Shown here: positions 1-10,162 of the stretch, one piece after another
How positions within the stretch are numbered: the first letter of the stretch is position 1
How the letters are laid out: the number at the start of each line of letters is the position of its first letter
Assembly (NCBI GenBank): GCA_965203275.1
Contig: OZ241865.1
Location: forward strand, 384,001-448,000
Origin: Bdellovibrionales bacterium
GTDB lineage: Bacteria; Bdellovibrionota; Bdellovibrionia; Bdellovibrionales; JAUICD01
Direction of reading: 5' to 3'
Length of the DNA stretch: 64,000 bases
Translations under genes and position numbers: made by a program
The notes under the pieces: model-generated
The model's input: only the letters and a program-made list of their open reading frames with translations
The model's database searches: none
What the model was told of the DNA's origin: nothing

Positions 1-318
1 TTGATTAACAGCCCTCTTATACGACCTCCCCTATCATCAAGTTCAACAAGCCTGATAGATAAACTGATCTCTGAACAATTGTTATCTCTTGACAAATTAC
101 AAAATGATTCTATTCTAAGAGAGGTGGAAAAAATCATTATAACAGATGCTCTTATAAAACATAAAGGTCATCAAACTTCCACTGCAAAGTTCTTAGGAGT
201 TTCAAGAAGTACACTGCATTCACGTATACAACAACATAGAATTAACATTGATAAAAAAATAGAAGAAATCAAATCAGATATGCAAAATGTTCAAAATGAA
301 AACAACATCTTAAAATAA
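1..318 (+). CDS. C-terminal part of a Fis-type HTH protein, probably a sigma54-dependent regulator; 5' end likely outside the window
   Basis: LREVEKIIITDALIKHKGHQTSTAKFLGVSRSTLHSRI matches the Fis/HTH_8 pattern; the ORF starts at the window edge. Confidence 0.7.
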   Translation: MINSPLIRPPLSSSSTSLIDKLISEQLLSLDKLQNDSILREVEKIIITDALIKHKGHQTSTAKFLGVSRSTLHSRIQQHRINIDKKIEEIKSDMQNVQNENNILK

Positions 319-350
319 AGCTTTATAATTATTGTTTGCAAAGGGTTATT

Positions 351-596
351 ATGTTGAATATTGGTCTTATGGAATGGATTTTTTTATTCATAATAGTTCT
401 TCTAGTTATAGGACCTGAGCAACTTCCTCAAATGACACAAATGATATTACGCACAATCAATGAACTCAAAAGAGCTATAAATTCCATCAAAATACATGAT
501 TTTACAAAAGACTTTAACAAGAATACATCCAGTACAAATACAAAGTCTTCTATTAAAAAAAATCTTCCACCTCATTTCAAAATAACCAAAGAATAA
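351..596 (+). CDS. tatB: Twin-arginine translocase TatA/B family subunit
   Basis: MLNIGLMEWIFLFIIVLLVIGPEQLP carries the TatA/B TM plus GP.LP motif; lies directly upstream of tatC. Confidence 0.8.
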   Translation: MLNIGLMEWIFLFIIVLLVIGPEQLPQMTQMILRTINELKRAINSIKIHDFTKDFNKNTSSTNTKSSIKKNLPPHFKITKE

Positions 597-621
597 CAAC
601 TTAAATTATTTAAGATATGCC

Positions 622-1362
622 ATGACTGGACAAAATGATCCTTTAAACTCAACAAGTCAAGATACATTGATTGGTCATTTAATTCAATTGAGAAAAAGAC
701 TGATTTACTCTTTATATGGGATATTCATTGGTTGTTTGCTGTGTTGGCTAGGGAGTGATTTTTTATTTGCTATCATTAGAATGCCCATAGAGCCTTTTCT
801 TACCACAGATTCCAAAGGTTTGATCTATACTGGTGTGATGGATAAATTTATGGCCTATATAAAGATTTCTTTTTTAGGAGGTATTATTTTTACCTGTCCT
901 TATTGGCTTTATCATGTATGGATTTTCATAGCCCCTGGACTTTATCTCAAAGAAAAAACATATACATTTATATTTGTGATCTTAGGGAGTCTTCTTTTTT
1001 TAACAGGTGTGGCTTTTGTTTACTTTATTGTTTATGATTTGGTATTTTATTTTTTAATGAATTTTGGAGACCCTCAAGATGTTCCGCTTATTTCTATAGA
1101 TAAATATCTTTCCTTTTTCATCACGACCACACTTGTCTTTGGTTTAGCTTTTGAGCTACCACTTATTTTGACTTTTTTATCTTTGATGGGCATATTATCT
1201 CGAAAAGACCTTATAGAAAAAAGACCTTATGCTATTGTTTTACTAGCTATTTTATCAGCACTGCTCACCCCTCCAGATGTGATCAGCATGGCTCTTATGA
1301 TGGGTCCATTGCTTTTACTCTACGAAATATCTATTTTTGCAGTAGGAGTTATCTCAAAATGA
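622..1362 (+). CDS. tatC: Twin-arginine translocase subunit TatC
   Basis: HLIQLRKRL, WIFIAPGLY..EK, FGLAFELP and LTPPD motifs; multiple TM segments. Confidence 0.95.
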   Translation: MTGQNDPLNSTSQDTLIGHLIQLRKRLIYSLYGIFIGCLLCWLGSDFLFAIIRMPIEPFLTTDSKGLIYTGVMDKFMAYIKISFLGGIIFTCPYWLYHVWIFIAPGLYLKEKTYTFIFVILGSLLFLTGVAFVYFIVYDLVFYFLMNFGDPQDVPLISIDKYLSFFITTTLVFGLAFELPLILTFLSLMGILSRKDLIEKRPYAIVLLAILSALLTPPDVISMALMMGPLLLLYEISIFAVGVISK

Positions 1363-1454
1363 ACAACACTATTCTTTTTAAAATATTTAAGTGGTTGTTG
1401 GCTATCCTTTTAGGCAGTCTCCTTTTAGCAAGCTTCTATAAAAGTATACTCTGA
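1359..1454 (+). CDS. Putative 31-aa single-TM small protein coupled to tatC (not in the ORF track)
   Basis: ATGA overlap with the tatC stop, TAGGAG RBS at 1343-1348, translation MNNTILFKIFKWLLAILLGSLLLASFYKSIL. Confidence 0.45.
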   Translation: MNNTILFKIFKWLLAILLGSLLLASFYKSIL

Positions 1455-1656
1455 TCTTTTACTATGAAAATAAATAGCTTGAGATTATTGTTATAATTAT
1501 TTAAAATAATTGTATTTTTTAACTTTAAGCAATATTTATTTTTTACATATTTGTATTTATAGTTGATCTAATATCAAGGTATAAAATAATTATTATAAGA
1601 AAAGTTTTTTGACAATATGTTTAAAATATGTCAGTTTAAAATACGTTATTATAAAA

Positions 1657-4353
1657 ATGAAAAATAATAACGACAAAGAAAAAGTGAGAAGTCTCGTGCC
1701 GGTAAAATCATCCCACAAAAAACTTGTCATTGTAGAGTCTCCCACAAAGGCTCGCACTATACGTAAGTTTTTAGGACAAAACTTTGATGTGATCTCTTGT
1801 ATGGGACATGTCAGAGACCTTCCTAGCAGTGCTAAAGATATTCCAGAAAAATACAGAAAAGAATCTTGGTCTAAACTAGGTGTTAATGTGGATAGAGATT
1901 TTTCACCTCTTTATTGTGTTCCTCCAAAAAAGAAAAAAACTATTACAGAGCTTAAACAAAAGCTCAAAAATGCTTCTGAGCTTTATTTAGCAACAGATGA
2001 AGATAGAGAAGGTGAAAGTATCTCATGGCATCTTTTAGAAATTTTAAAACCTAAGGTGCCTGTTAAAAGGATGGTTTTCCACGAAATCACTCGCAAAGCT
2101 ATTTTAGAATCTTTAGAAAGTACTAGACAAATTAACGAAGATTTAGTCAGAGCCCAAGAGGCTCGTCGCATATTAGATCGCTTAGTTGGCTACACCATTT
2201 CACCCCTTTTATGGAAAAAAATTGCTTATGGTTTATCTGCTGGTAGGGTGCAATCAGTTGTTGTGCAAATTCTCACAGAAAGAGAACTTGAAAGAATGAA
2301 ATTTATTTCCGCAGATTATTGGAACTTGCTTGCTGAGCTTTCACCTCAATCTTCTCAGACTCAAGAGACACCACTTCCTGAAAAGCAAACATTTCAGGCT
2401 AAACTGCTCAGTCTTGACAATAAAAAAATAGCCAAAGGTCAAGACTTTGATCCAGAGACAGGGAAGCTTTTTAAAAATAAACAAGTAGACACACTATGGC
2501 TCTCAAAAGAAAAAGCTGAGAAATTAAGACAAGAAATCCAATCTGCTACTTGGAAAGTGATAGAAGTTAATAAAAAAACACTTTATCGAAAGCCCCCTTC
2601 TCCATTTATTACTTCTACTTTGCAACAAGATGCCAGTCGTCGTTTCAGATGGGGAGCTACCCATGTTATGAGAGTAGCTCAGGCTCTTTATGAACAAGGG
2701 CATATCACTTATATGAGGACAGATAGCACTTTTATTTCTAGTCAAGCTATTAACACTGTCAGACAGTCTATACAAAAACTTTATGGTAAAGAGTATTTAC
2801 CAGATCGGCCTAGAAGTTATGCCTCAAAAAAAGTCAAAGGGGCTCAAGAAGCCCACGAAGCTATTCGCCCTTCCGGCACAGACTTTCAACATCCCAGTCA
2901 AATGAAACTTGAAAAAGACCAATTAAAACTTTACGATTTGATATGGAGACGAACCATAGCCTCTCAAATGACTGACTCAAAACAAAGACAAGTTAGTTTC
3001 AGGATTCAAGCTCATCAAGCTATTTTTTCAGTATCAGGTACAACTATTGAATTTCTTGGCTTTTTAAAAGCTTATGAGGAGGGCCGAGATGAAGCTAAAG
3101 ATGAAGAAAACATTATCTTACCTGATCTCCAAGAAGGGGATCTTTTGACCTGCCATAAAATAGAGTCTACTTTGCATAAGACCAAACCTGCTGCTAGATA
3201 CACAGAAGCTAGTATTATTCAAACTATGGAGAAAAGAGGCATTGGCCGTCCTTCTACGTATGCACCCACCATCTCTACCATCACGCAGAGGGGATATGTG
3301 ATCAAGCAAAACTCTGTTTTGATCCCGACCTTTACAGCATTGGTTGTCTCACAATTACTTAAAAGTCATTTACCGGATTATGTAGAATCAGAATTTACTT
3401 CTGAGATGGAAGAATCTTTAGATAATATTGCAGAGGGCCGGTTAGATTGGGTGAAATATTTAAAAGGCATTTATTTTGGAGATGCTGGACTGAAAGATCT
3501 CGTCAAGAAGCAAGAAGAAGAAATTGACCCAAATGAAGCACGATCGCTTAATGGCATTGAAGAGTTTAAACAAAAAGACTTAGATCAATTTGAATTTCGA
3601 GTGGGTAAATATGGAGCCTATGTGTGTAAGGAAGGCACAGAAGGCAAAGTCTGTGCTTCTATTCCAGATGTGCAACCTCCCGCAGAAGTCGATGCAGAGT
3701 GGATCAATAAACTCATAGAGAAAAAGCTAACAGGAGCAGATGCCTTTGGCAAAGACCCTCAAACTGGCCAACCTATTTATTTATTAGAAGGTAGGTATGG
3801 ACCTTACATTCAGTTGGGGGAATTAGGAGATGCCTTAGGACTTAGTAAAACTTCTATTAAAAGAGCTTCTATTCCTAAGCATCTATCCTCTGAAGATCTC
3901 ACCCTAGAGCAAGCTCTTTTTTTATTATCTCTCCCTAAAACTCTAGGCCATCATCCTCAAGATAAAAAACCCATCAAAGTAGGGAATGGACAATTTGGTC
4001 CTTATATAGTGCATGAAAAAGATTACAGATCTATACCTAAAGAAGACAATCTTTTTAGTATTGATTTGAAAAGAGCTTTAGAGTTACTTGCTCAGGAAAA
4101 AAGAGGCCGAGGGCGAAAAGCTCAAACACCTTTAAAAGAATTAGGCCGCCATGAAGAAAAACCTCTGGCTATTTATGAGGGTCGGTATGGTCCTTATATC
4201 AAGTGGGACAAAAAAAACTATGCCCTGCCAAAAGATGTACCACTTGAAAAAGTCAACTTAAAGAAAGCTATTGAAATTATAGACAATAAAATAAAAGAAG
4301 ACCCTAAATTCAAAAGTAAAAAAAGTTATAAGAAAAAAGCAAGTAAAAAGTAA
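1657..4353 (+). CDS. topA: DNA topoisomerase I with C-terminal GRYGPY-type repeats and a Lys-rich tail
   Basis: LVIVESPTKA, ATDEDREGE, SAGRVQS, ITYMRTDS and AQEAHEAIRP motifs; start placed at ATG 1657. Confidence 0.97.
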   Translation: MKNNNDKEKVRSLVPVKSSHKKLVIVESPTKARTIRKFLGQNFDVISCMGHVRDLPSSAKDIPEKYRKESWSKLGVNVDRDFSPLYCVPPKKKKTITELKQKLKNASELYLATDEDREGESISWHLLEILKPKVPVKRMVFHEITRKAILESLESTRQINEDLVRAQEARRILDRLVGYTISPLLWKKIAYGLSAGRVQSVVVQILTERELERMKFISADYWNLLAELSPQSSQTQETPLPEKQTFQAKLLSLDNKKIAKGQDFDPETGKLFKNKQVDTLWLSKEKAEKLRQEIQSATWKVIEVNKKTLYRKPPSPFITSTLQQDASRRFRWGATHVMRVAQALYEQGHITYMRTDSTFISSQAINTVRQSIQKLYGKEYLPDRPRSYASKKVKGAQEAHEAIRPSGTDFQHPSQMKLEKDQLKLYDLIWRRTIASQMTDSKQRQVSFRIQAHQAIFSVSGTTIEFLGFLKAYEEGRDEAKDEENIILPDLQEGDLLTCHKIESTLHKTKPAARYTEASIIQTMEKRGIGRPSTYAPTISTITQRGYVIKQNSVLIPTFTALVVSQLLKSHLPDYVESEFTSEMEESLDNIAEGRLDWVKYLKGIYFGDAGLKDLVKKQEEEIDPNEARSLNGIEEFKQKDLDQFEFRVGKYGAYVCKEGTEGKVCASIPDVQPPAEVDAEWINKLIEKKLTGADAFGKDPQTGQPIYLLEGRYGPYIQLGELGDALGLSKTSIKRASIPKHLSSEDLTLEQALFLLSLPKTLGHHPQDKKPIKVGNGQFGPYIVHEKDYRSIPKEDNLFSIDLKRALELLAQEKRGRGRKAQTPLKELGRHEEKPLAIYEGRYGPYIKWDKKNYALPKDVPLEKVNLKKAIEIIDNKIKEDPKFKSKKSYKKKASKK

Positions 4354-4425
4354 AATATGTGTTATAATAAATAAATAGGCTACTTTTGTAGGCAACAGCA
4401 TAATTATTGTATCGGAGATAATCAA

Positions 4426-6525
4426 ATGAAGTTTCATCAATACTATTGGCAGCATTGGCAACAAAAATGTTCAAATCAAATGAAAAAGGCCTCTCAAGGG
4501 CTTTTAAAATATTTATACAAATGCAAGTTCTTGTTTATATTACTCATCTTTGTTTATCTTTTCAGTGTTCATCTTTTAAACAGCAATAAAGCTATTGCAG
4601 CTTCTTTAGATTGTCCCTTTTTGCATCCTATTATCACGGCTATGCTTCAAGATCATATTATACATAGTCAGATCACAGTCAATTTAGAGCATAAGACAAT
4701 CGATCAATATATTAAATTTTTAGATAGCTCTAAAATTTACCTTCTCCAATCGGATGTCAATAGGATTAAAAGATTAATGAAAGGCATTTATAAAAACTTA
4801 CAGCAACAGTCCTGTCAAACACTTATGACTATTCAGCAGATTTATTTGAAAAGAACAAAAGAGCGTATGGAATTTGCTCAAAGATTTTTAGGTAAAAACT
4901 ACAAATTGAACTCAAAAGAGCAAATTCATTTAGATGCTTCTAAAAGAAAGTATCCTAAAACAAAAGCTCAATTAGAGAATTTTCAAAAAAAGTATATTCA
5001 TTTCCAGATGGCTAATTTTATGGTTGCTGATATGAATCTTAATGAAGCGAAACAGCAAGTTCTTAAGAGGTATCAAAGGGAATTTAACCAGCTTTCTAGT
5101 AGAAAGCCAGAAATTCTTTACGCTAATTTTTTGTATGCAGTCGCCAGAAGTCTTGATCCACACTCTGACTTTCTCTCTAAAGATCGCTTAGAGGATTTTG
5201 AAATGCAGATGAAGTTATTTTTAGAAGGCATAGGAGCTTCTTTAAGCTCTGAAAATGGTTACACTGTGATAGAAAATCTTATAAAAGGTGGAGCTGCGGA
5301 AGCTTCTGGTCTTTTAGAAGTAGAAGATAAAATTTTAGCTGTTGCTCAAGGAACCAAAGGTTCTTTTGTCCCTATTATTGACATGCCCCTCAACGAGGTT
5401 GTGCAGTTGATTCGAGGACCTAAAGGCACAAAAGTACGTTTAAAGATTCTACGCCCTGTACCGGGTAAAAAGCCAAAACATTTTCAAATCACACTCATAC
5501 GTCGCAAAATTAACTTAGAAGAAAATGCTGCAAGTATTCGCTATGTTGATCATGTCAATAAAACTTCTAAAAAGAGAAAAAAGAAAATTTCTGTTTTAGA
5601 TTTACCTTCATTTTACCTGGATTCTCAGAGAAAAGGCCGGTCCTCCTATAAGGATGTTAAAAAACTTCTTCAACAAGTAAGAAAAAGAAAAGCTGATGGC
5701 TTGGTTTTGGATTTATCTTCAAATGGTGGTGGCAGTTTGACAGAAGCAGTGAAGGTGGCAGGGCTTTTCTTTAAAACTGGTAATGTCGTAAAAACATCTG
5801 GGAAAACTCGAAATATGACAACATCCGAAATATTAAGTGACAAGGATACTCAGGTCGATTATGCAGGACCTCTTGTGATTTTAACCAGCCGATTGAGTGC
5901 CAGTGCCTCTGAAATTGTTGCAGGAGCTTTACAAGATTATGGACGTGCTGTGATTGCAGGAGCTGATCATACGTATGGCAAAGGAAGTGTGCAGTCTGTG
6001 ATCAATTTATCTAAAGACATTGGAGCTTTTAAAATTACAATGGGTATGTTTTTTATCCCAGGGGGAGGATCCACACAGCATACAGGAGTGATCTCTGATA
6101 TTATTTTCCCCAGTGTTTATGCCAGAGAAGATGTTGGAGAGCAGTATTTAGATTATTCTTTACCTCCTAAAAAAATTAAACCTTTTATTTCTCAAACAGC
6201 TTTTGTAGATAAAGGGCGTCAAGCTTGGAAAAAAGTGACAAAAAGTATTTTAAAAAAATTAGCTCATCAATCTCAAAGACGAATAGGTAAGAGCAAGGAT
6301 TTTAAGGAAATTCAAGATGAAATTAAAAAGAATAAAGAACGTGATCATATTATTCATATATCAGAAATTTTAAATGAAAATGAAGACTTGAAAGAGAAAA
6401 AAGAAATTGCAAAACAAAAACGACGTGATCCTGATTTTAAAGAGAAAGAATACATGAAAAGAGCCGATATTAAAGAAGCTGTCAATATTGCAGCAGATCT
6501 TGCTGACTTATTGCATTCAAAGTAG
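4426..6525 (+). CDS. Carboxy-terminal processing protease (S41, PDZ), Prc/CtpA-like
   Basis: LDPHS, EGIGA, IRGPKGTKVRL, DLSSNGGGSL, SASASEIVAGALQDYGRA and TYGKGSVQ motifs. Confidence 0.93.
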   Translation: MKFHQYYWQHWQQKCSNQMKKASQGLLKYLYKCKFLFILLIFVYLFSVHLLNSNKAIAASLDCPFLHPIITAMLQDHIIHSQITVNLEHKTIDQYIKFLDSSKIYLLQSDVNRIKRLMKGIYKNLQQQSCQTLMTIQQIYLKRTKERMEFAQRFLGKNYKLNSKEQIHLDASKRKYPKTKAQLENFQKKYIHFQMANFMVADMNLNEAKQQVLKRYQREFNQLSSRKPEILYANFLYAVARSLDPHSDFLSKDRLEDFEMQMKLFLEGIGASLSSENGYTVIENLIKGGAAEASGLLEVEDKILAVAQGTKGSFVPIIDMPLNEVVQLIRGPKGTKVRLKILRPVPGKKPKHFQITLIRRKINLEENAASIRYVDHVNKTSKKRKKKISVLDLPSFYLDSQRKGRSSYKDVKKLLQQVRKRKADGLVLDLSSNGGGSLTEAVKVAGLFFKTGNVVKTSGKTRNMTTSEILSDKDTQVDYAGPLVILTSRLSASASEIVAGALQDYGRAVIAGADHTYGKGSVQSVINLSKDIGAFKITMGMFFIPGGGSTQHTGVISDIIFPSVYAREDVGEQYLDYSLPPKKIKPFISQTAFVDKGRQAWKKVTKSILKKLAHQSQRRIGKSKDFKEIQDEIKKNKERDHIIHISEILNENEDLKEKKEIAKQKRRDPDFKEKEYMKRADIKEAVNIAADLADLLHSK

Positions 6526-6548
6526 TTTGATGTCTCATTGCTTTTTTA

Positions 6549-6650
6549 GGGGAGGGGGGTGAGAAAAAAGGGGAGTGGGGTAGATAAGAAAAAGGGGGAT
6601 GAGAAAAGGGGGATGAGAAAAAAGGGGGATGAGAAAAAAAGGGAGTGAGG
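6549..6650 (+). repeat. Purine-rich degenerate tandem repeat (GGGGGATGAGAAAAA-like) with many G-tracts
   Basis: About 6 imperfect copies read directly from the sequence. Confidence 0.8.
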
Positions 6651-6721
6651 AATACAAATCAAAAGTATAGAATTTGAAATTTATAAAGCCAAGCTCTTCT
6701 TAAAACTTATAAAATGCAACT

Positions 6722-7078
6722 ATGAATGAGCAAAATCACACAAATAAATTATTTGGATATTTTCCAAACGAATTTGTCAAGAAAGATAGCATCAAACCTA
6801 TTATTAGCTGTCTTATAGTTATCTCTACTATGATGCTGATAGTTTTTGCTAAAATGGAAGTTCGTAGGCTTGGGTATGCTGTTTTTAAACTCACAAAAAC
6901 AGAACACCAAATGACAGATGCCTACCGTAAAAAACAAATTTTTCTGGCAGGACTGAATAGACCTGAACGTATTGAACACCTTGCTCGTGAAAAACTTCAT
7001 CTTAAAAAAGCTAGAAAAGATCAAATCATCCAGCTTGTTGCAGAACAAACAGCCCTCAGATACTCAACAGATCATTAA
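6722..7078 (+). CDS. ftsL: Cell division protein FtsL-like
   Basis: Single TM, then coiled coil and LNRPERIEHLAREKLHL motif. Confidence 0.65.
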   Translation: MNEQNHTNKLFGYFPNEFVKKDSIKPIISCLIVISTMMLIVFAKMEVRRLGYAVFKLTKTEHQMTDAYRKKQIFLAGLNRPERIEHLAREKLHLKKARKDQIIQLVAEQTALRYSTDH

Positions 7079-7089
7079 CTCTTTTTCTC

Positions 7090-7710
7090 TCACTAAAAAT
7101 AAACCAGCCTCTGGCTGTTTTTGGGCATTGCTCTGACAGCTTACGCTGTCTAAAAAGAGCAATGTCGTTGCTTCACTAAAAGTGGTCTGACCTCTGGTCA
7201 CTTTCTGGCGATGACCACGATGGCTTTCGCCATCGGTAAAATGGTCATCGCCTAGAAAGCTTGACCACTTTTAGTAGGAAGGATATCTTCGTTCCTTAAC
7301 TCCATGTTAAGGAAAACGTTCTTTCTTACACCTGCTTGCCGGGTTGCCGGATCCCAGATCCCGGATAAACACGATGTTAAGGAAACAGAGTTTCATTTTT
7401 TTATTTTTTTTTTATTCTCTTTTAGATTCTGCGTAACTCTCAAAAAAAAGTAATTAAGAGGAGGATGGGGCAACGGGAGGCTGAAGATCTTCCGCAAATT
7501 GAGCTTGCTCCTTAAAAGCAAGCTCAATTGAGGACTTCGGAAGGCTCCCGTTGCCCCATCCTCAAGTAAAAACAAAATGGAAAAGCAGAATCGAAGGGCG
7601 GTGGGTGGGGTTAGGGAGAATCCTCTTGTCTCTTGACTACATGTTAGGGAAACAAAACGCCTTTCCTGCCTGATGCCGGGTTGCCGGATCTCAGATCCCG
7701 GATAAACACG
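7090..7710. repeat. Mosaic structured-repeat array A (partial unit, full unit 7173-7316, heptamer modules, long hairpin module 7425-7592)
   Basis: Nested inverted repeats shared with seven other intergenic regions. Confidence 0.9.
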
Positions 7711-7718
7711 CAAGATGT

Positions 7719-8024
7719 TCACTTCTTTTTATTTTTGCTCTCTTGACTCCTTTTACTTTTATTTTTTGCTTCTTTGATAGCTGCTAACATTCTGCTACTG
7801 GGTACAGTTGCAGAAACGTTGTTGCCTGCTTCAATTTTGAAGTACTCAGGAATTGATTTTCTTGAGACAACTGTGCGACGACCTCCTCTTTGAGAAAGAG
7901 TTACTGTATCTTTATCAAATTTTATAATCCTTCCTGTAATTGTCGCATTTTTATAAATTCCTGCAAAAACAGGAGTTATACACAAAATAATTCCTCCGGT
8001 AATTAAAATTATTAAAGTCTTCAT
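7719..8024 (-). CDS. Small secreted hypothetical protein
   Basis: Signal peptide ending in PVFA; AAGGAGG RBS upstream. Confidence 0.7.
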   Translation of the reverse strand: MKTLIILITGGIILCITPVFAGIYKNATITGRIIKFDKDTVTLSQRGGRRTVVSRKSIPEYFKIEAGNNVSATVPSSRMLAAIKEAKNKSKRSQESKNKKK

Positions 8025-8057
8025 TGTTTAATCCTCCTTAGGTTGTTTCTTCGTTTG

Positions 8058-9011
8058 TTAAAAAGCTCCCCTTCCCCTTCTTCTACTTGGAGTTTCTGGC
8101 CATGAAGGTGGTTGTGCTACTATTGCATCTTCTTCTACTACTCCTCTATCAACTTTTGTTCCTGCTTCATGTATACAATCAATTGCTGTTGGACATTTAC
8201 CATTTCTAAGACGAGAACATGAAGCAAAATTAGAATACGCATTCCTTCCCTCACGAGTGAATCCAATATCACACTGAACGTATGAAGCACATAACTGAGT
8301 TGTTCCACAGCCATTGTTGCTAATAAGATAAGGATCTATATCAATAGTGTCTATACTATAAGGAATATCATACCCAATATAACGACAGTTAATGAGATCT
8401 CTAGTTGAACTGGGGGTACGATTACGAGTTGGACTAGAGTTATTATTACTGATAATATCGCGTATTGTACCCATTCGGCTACTGGGAAGGAGATCTTTCT
8501 TGCTGTAAAAGTATGTATCATTCCTTAGTCCATATCCCCCTTCTGCAACTTCAATTTGATCTTCACGGTCTAATATTATGTCTTTTTCTGCTAGTTGATC
8601 CATAACCCACCGATTTTCGCGTAAGGGAATATTATAATAATTCTTGATTGGCCCTGCTACGTCTGCATCTCTTTTGCCAATGTTAAGATGAACGATCTCT
8701 CTTTTTCTAGTACGAGGATTAGTGATTAGCAGTCCTAAACTACTAAGCTTTGTCTCATTATCAATATAGCCACTCGCACCTTCACAGTTCATTCTCACCG
8801 ATCTCGATGATGACGACGCACAAGAAGATGTCGAACCTATGAGTCTAGGACATCTTGACTGGACTACATCAACATATTCATCACAATACACAGCACTTAC
8901 TCTTGCCTGTACAACAGAACTCAAACCCACTACACTGCAAAATGACAGAATAGCTGGTAATAAAGATTTTGATTGCATTATTTTCCAAAATAAATATTTT
9001 AACTTTTTCAT
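8058..9011 (-). CDS. Secreted Cys-containing hypothetical protein
   Basis: Signal-like N-terminus, Cys clusters at both ends, AAAGGAGG RBS at about 9020-9027. Confidence 0.75.
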   Translation of the reverse strand: MKKLKYLFWKIMQSKSLLPAILSFCSVVGLSSVVQARVSAVYCDEYVDVVQSRCPRLIGSTSSCASSSSRSVRMNCEGASGYIDNETKLSSLGLLITNPRTRKREIVHLNIGKRDADVAGPIKNYYNIPLRENRWVMDQLAEKDIILDREDQIEVAEGGYGLRNDTYFYSKKDLLPSSRMGTIRDIISNNNSSPTRNRTPSSTRDLINCRYIGYDIPYSIDTIDIDPYLISNNGCGTTQLCASYVQCDIGFTREGRNAYSNFASCSRLRNGKCPTAIDCIHEAGTKVDRGVVEEDAIVAQPPSWPETPSRRRGRGAF

Positions 9012-9030
9012 TTTTAAATCCTCCTTTGGC

Positions 9031-9478
9031 TCACTAAAAGTAAACTAGCCGCTGGCTACTTTTGGGTAGCCAGCCCGACGACTCTCGTCGTCGATCAAAG
9101 GCTGGCTACCTCAAAAGTCCGTTTACTTTTAGTAGAAAGGATCCTTTCGTCTCTTAACACCATGTTAAGGAGTTTGTTTCACTAAAAGTAAACCAACCTC
9201 TGGTTGCTTTTGGACATTGCTCTGACAGCTATCGCTGTCTAAAAAGAGCAATGTCTCAAAAGTCCGTTTACTTTTAGTAGAAAGGATACTTTCCTCTTTT
9301 AACTACATGTTAAGGAAACAATTCCTTCTTACACCTGCTTACCGGATCCCAGATCCCGGATAAACATCATGTTAAGGAAACAAGGTGTTCGTTTCATCTT
9401 CCTTTTCCTTTTATTGCCGGACTGCCTGTCTACCGGATCCCGGATGAACACTATGTTAAGGAAAAAGTTCCTTCATCA
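9031..9478. repeat. Mosaic structured-repeat array B (two tandem full units 9031-9171 and 9176-9319, plus heptamer modules)
   Basis: Same architecture as array A with different helix sequences. Confidence 0.9.
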
Positions 9479-9585
9479 GATATGTTTCATTTTGAAACAT
9501 ACTCATTAAGAATGATCTTTGATTAAGTAAGAAATATAATAAGAAATAAGAAATAGTTTGCTGGTGGATAAATTATAAAAAAAGG

Positions 9586-9684
<99 letters not shown>

Positions 9685-9785
9685 AAATAAACCACCTTTC
9701 ACTATTATTATCGGCTAAAATACTTTTACCACTTTAATTTTATTTAAAATTTAGGCTTTTGTCTTACTTAAAAGCATGTCTTGTC

Positions 9786-10150
9786 TCACTAAAAATAAAC
9801 CAGCCGTTTGCTTCACTAAAAGTAAACCAACCTCTGGTTGCTTTTTGGCGATGACCACGACGACTTTCGTCGTCGATAAAATGGTCATCACCTCAAAAGT
9901 CCGTTTACTTTTAGTAGAAAGGATCCTCTCCTCTTTTAACACCATGTTAAGGAAAAAGAACTTCATTCGTAAACCCGCTTGCTCTTGAGGTAATAAAAGA
10001 AATTTTCCTTAACATAGTGTAAAGGAATAAAAGGATCCTCCCTACTCAAAATAAATAGATTTTCTAGGCAGTTAGCCTTTGATCGACGGCGGTAGCCGTC
10101 GGGCTAACTGCCATAAAACATGCCAGAGGCATGATTTATTTTGAGTGAAA
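9786..10150. repeat. Mosaic structured-repeat array C (stub, + unit 9812-9957, - unit 10003-10150)
   Basis: Two units tail to tail. Confidence 0.9.
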
Positions 10151-10162
10151 TGTTATTGCTGA

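Noticed and set aside
7291..7316. Integron attC or Xer dif site for the TTAAC-N5-GTTAAGG palindrome
   Set aside because: The 5-bp centre and arm sequences do not match the attC R/L box spacing or the XerC/D consensus. No integrase or cassette ORFs are present.
9440..9480. Hammerhead ribozyme (CTGATGA on the - strand, GAAAC at unit ends)
   Set aside because: CTGATGA is followed by a stem but not by the required GAAA, and it is absent from most copies.
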